In this document: positions 61,594-64,000 of the stretch, one piece after another | Layout of the letters: each line of letters begins with the position of its first letter | Position numbering within the stretch: the first letter of the stretch is position 1 | Assembly (NCBI GenBank): GCA_937900325.1 | Contig: CALCEX010000070.1 | Span: 15,122 to 79,121, forward strand | Length of the DNA stretch: 64,000 nt | From: an uncultured Clostridia bacterium | GTDB lineage: Bacteria > Bacillota > Clostridia > Christensenellales > CAG-138 | Direction of reading: 5' to 3' | Position numbers and translations under genes: made by a program | The notes under the pieces: model-generated | Seen by the model: the letters and a program-made list of their open reading frames with translations, nothing else | What the model was told of the DNA's origin: nothing | Databases searched by the model: none

Positions 61594-62565
61594 ATGCCGC
61601 AGAAAAGCCCTGTTTACGCAGTTACCCGCATAAGGGTGCACGAGAAGGACATGATAAAGCCCGAGACAATGGCGAGGATGGCGGAGGCCGCGCCCGCCGA
61701 GGTCATGCGCCTGCTGGGGGATATGGGCTACGGAGGGATACCGGACCCTCAGCTTTCGGATGGGGAAAGGATGATAGCAAAGGAGCTTTCCGACGCCTAC
61801 GCCCTTATAAAGGAGGTCACCTTCTGCCCGGAAAAGACGGATCTGTTCATGCTCAGGGGGGACGCCAACAACCTCAAGCTCCTCATAAAGCGGCGGCTCA
61901 CGGGGGCGGGCGGCTCCCCCGCCCTTATGACGGGCGTATACTCCGGCGAGGACGTCATACGCATGGTGCAGAACGCGGATTACCGGGAGCTGCCGGAGGA
62001 ATTTACAAAGCGGCTCAACGCCCTTGAGCAGTCCTTCTCCGGCGGGATAGACCCGGGCAGGATATCTGCGGAGATAGACCGGGCGTACCTTGAGCATTGC
62101 CTGAAAAACGCAAGCGGTCCCTCCCTTGAATACTTCAGGGGGCTCGCGGATTTTACCAACCTGCTGACGGCGCTTCGCCTGCGCGATATGGGCGCGGGCG
62201 CGGATAAGCTGAAAAACTCCCTCATGCCGGAGGGATACATATCCCACAGGCTCCTCATGCAGTGCTTTGACGGCGCGGAGGAGGGCATGGCGAGGGCGGC
62301 GGCGGGCCCCGCGCGGGAAAGGATACTCAAGGGCCTTGAGGAATACGGCAGGAGCGGCAGACTTACGGAGCTTGAGCGGCAGCGGGACAATTACCTCATA
62401 TCCCTCTTTAAGGGGGCGAGGCTGGCGGGCGGCATAGAGCCGCTCATAGGCTATCTTTTGGGCCGGGAGCAGGAGGCGAAGTGCCTGAGGCTGATAATCA
62501 CCGCAAAGCGCAACGACCTGCCGGATAAGGCCATAACCGAAAGGCTGGGTGAGCTGTATGGATAA
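61594..62565 (+). CDS. ntpC: V-type ATP synthase subunit C (d-type)
   Basis: 323 aa. Size and position between E and F fit. Confidence 0.85.
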   Translation: MPQKSPVYAVTRIRVHEKDMIKPETMARMAEAAPAEVMRLLGDMGYGGIPDPQLSDGERMIAKELSDAYALIKEVTFCPEKTDLFMLRGDANNLKLLIKRRLTGAGGSPALMTGVYSGEDVIRMVQNADYRELPEEFTKRLNALEQSFSGGIDPGRISAEIDRAYLEHCLKNASGPSLEYFRGLADFTNLLTALRLRDMGAGADKLKNSLMPEGYISHRLLMQCFDGAEEGMARAAAGPARERILKGLEEYGRSGRLTELERQRDNYLISLFKGARLAGGIEPLIGYLLGREQEAKCLRLIITAKRNDLPDKAITERLGELYG

Positions 62566-62890
62566 GCGCACGGATATCGCCATGATAGGCGGCAGGGACT
62601 CGGTGCTCATAGGCAAGGCCGTGGGTCTCGGCGTATATGACGAGACGGACGGAGAAAGGGCGAATAAGCTCATATACAGGCTTGCCCGCGAGGGCTGCAA
62701 GATCATATTCCTGACGGAGCCGGTGTACGCCAAGTGCTCCGAGGCGATAAGCAGCTTCAAGACGGAGACCTTCCCCGCGATAATACCCATACCGGATCTC
62801 CACGGCCCTTCCGGCGTGGCGATGGCGGCGCTCAGGGCCAACGTGGAGAAGGCCATAGGCGCGGATATACTATTCTCGGAGGATAAATAA
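62549..62890 (+). CDS. V-type ATP synthase subunit F
   Basis: 113 aa (alternative ATG at 62558). [18 protein letters not shown] is the typical F-subunit N-terminus. Confidence 0.85.
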   Translation: MSCMDKRTDIAMIGGRDSVLIGKAVGLGVYDETDGERANKLIYRLAREGCKIIFLTEPVYAKCSEAISSFKTETFPAIIPIPDLHGPSGVAMAALRANVEKAIGADILFSEDK

Positions 62891-62892
62891 AT

Positions 62893-64000
62893 ATGGCAGT
62901 TAAAGGAACCATAGTTAAGGTATCGGGCCCCCTGATAGTGGCTTCCGGCATGGCGGACGTAAATATGTACGACGTCGTCCGCGTATCCGAAAAGCATCTC
63001 ATAGGCGAGGTGATTGAGCTTCGCGGGGATATGGCCTCCATACAGGTATACGAGGAGACCGGCGGCATAGGCCCCGGGGAGCCCGTGGAATCCACCGGCG
63101 CTCCCCTGTCTGTCGAGCTTGCCCCCGGGCTCATAGAATCCATATACGACGGCATACAGCGCCCGCTGAATAAAATTCAGGAGCTTTCGGGCGACAGGAT
63201 AACCAGAGGCGTCAGGGTGGACGCAATAGACCACGAAAGGCTGTGGTATTTCCGCCCCGGGGCCCAGATAGGCGATATATTAAGGCCCGGCGATATACTG
63301 GGCACCGTGCGGGAGACGGAGGCGGTGCTGCATAAGATAATGGTGCCGCCGAACGTGACAGGCCAGCTTACCTGGATACACTCCGGCGATGCCAACGTGG
63401 TGCAGACCATAGCGAAACTGACGACGACGAAGGGCGAGACCATAGAGCTGCCCATGATGCAGAAGTGGCCGGTACGCATAGGCAGGCCCTACGCAAAAAA
63501 GATGGCCCCTACCGAGCCCATGATAACCGGCCAGAGGGTGATAGACACGCTGTTCCCCGTAGCGAAGGGCGGCGTGGCGGCGGTCCCCGGCCCCTTCGGC
63601 AGCGGCAAGACGGTGGTTCAGCATCAGCTTGCCAAGTGGGCGGACGCGGACATAATCGTATACGTTGGCTGCGGCGAGCGCGGCAACGAGATGACCGACG
63701 TTCTGATGGAGTTCCCGGAGCTTAAGGATCCCCGCACCGGGCTTTCCCTCATGAAGCGCACGGTGCTCATCGCCAACACCTCGGATATGCCGGTAGCGGC
63801 CCGCGAGGCCAGCATATATACAGGCATTACCATAGCGGAATACTTCCGCGATATGGGCTACAAGGTGGCCATAATGGCGGATTCCACCAGCCGCTGGGCG
63901 GAGGCGCTGCGCGAAATGTCCGGCCGCCTTGAGGAGATGCCCGGCGAGGAGGGCTACCCCGCATACCTGGGCAGCCGCCTTGCGGAGTTTTACGAGAGGG
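62893..64000 (+). CDS. ntpA: V-type ATP synthase catalytic subunit A (N-terminal about 369 aa; continues past the window end)
   Basis: Absent from the ORF track because it has no stop in the window. My translation gives [20 protein letters not shown]...[38 protein letters not shown]. Confidence 0.93.
   Translation, partial: MAVKGTIVKVSGPLIVASGMADVNMYDVVRVSEKHLIGEVIELRGDMASIQVYEETGGIGPGEPVESTGAPLSVELAPGLIESIYDGIQRPLNKIQELSGDRITRGVRVDAIDHERLWYFRPGAQIGDILRPGDILGTVRETEAVLHKIMVPPNVTGQLTWIHSGDANVVQTIAKLTTTKGETIELPMMQKWPVRIGRPYAKKMAPTEPMITGQRVIDTLFPVAKGGVAAVPGPFGSGKTVVQHQLAKWADADIIVYVGCGERGNEMTDVLMEFPELKDPRTGLSLMKRTVLIANTSDMPVAAREASIYTGITIAEYFRDMGYKVAIMADSTSRWAEALREMSGRLEEMPGEEGYPAYLGSRLAEFYER

Overview
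This is a 64-kb window from a roughly 60% GC Firmicutes/Clostridia-type chromosome. The taxon is my guess and cannot be verified here. It covers the replication-origin neighbourhood, which is gene-dense housekeeping DNA.

Gene content, left to right:
- metQ-metI-metN behind a terminator-containing leader
- tatD, a gpsA-like dehydrogenase and an ABC exporter
- a CotH / VTC-domain / DUF4956 trio
- an alpha/beta hydrolase with a long charged N-terminal region, and cca
- gyrA-gyrB-remB-recF (- strand), dnaN (+), noc-like parB, rsmG and mnmG (-), mnmE (+), jag-yidC-yidD-rnpA-rpmH (-), dnaA (+)
- a livFGMHK-type ABC importer (-), an AGCS symporter, and a 730-bp non-coding gap
- GNAT, rlmH, a walJ-like MBL hydrolase, a split ChrA pair, a ModE-like wHTH protein, parB-parA with two parS sites, an RNA-methyltransferase fusion and murG
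- after a strand switch at 45.9 kb, all on the + strand: a DUF815 ATPase, cysS, a small membrane protein, an SH3b + sortase-B-like secreted protein, DUF1385-prmC-prfA-tsaC-rpiB-upp, a second SH3b + sortase-like paralog, and a V-type ATPase operon (G/H-like, I, K, E, C, F, A partial)

I found no rRNA, tRNA, CRISPR array, transposase or integrase.

Most notable observations:
1. Two phased arrays plus scattered copies, 14 in total, of a TTATCAAC-type DnaA-box-like 9-mer lie in the 37.4-38.1 kb gap, far from dnaA.
2. A three-copy polypyrimidine/polypurine hairpin element sits exactly at the three convergent gene junctions (3' of dnaN, mnmE and dnaA).
3. The dnaA/dnaN/recF/gyr/mnmE order is scrambled relative to canonical Firmicutes.
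4. The CotH-VTC-DUF4956 module is present but uncharacterised.
5. Two paralogous signal-peptide + SH3b + sortase-B-like proteins have the catalytic Arg position occupied by Lys and carry a CxxCxxxC insert.
6. ATA is the dominant Ile codon despite the high GC.

All calls rest on reading the sequence and ORF translations and on recalled family signatures. No searches were run. Hairpin and promoter coordinates are good to about +/-3 nt.
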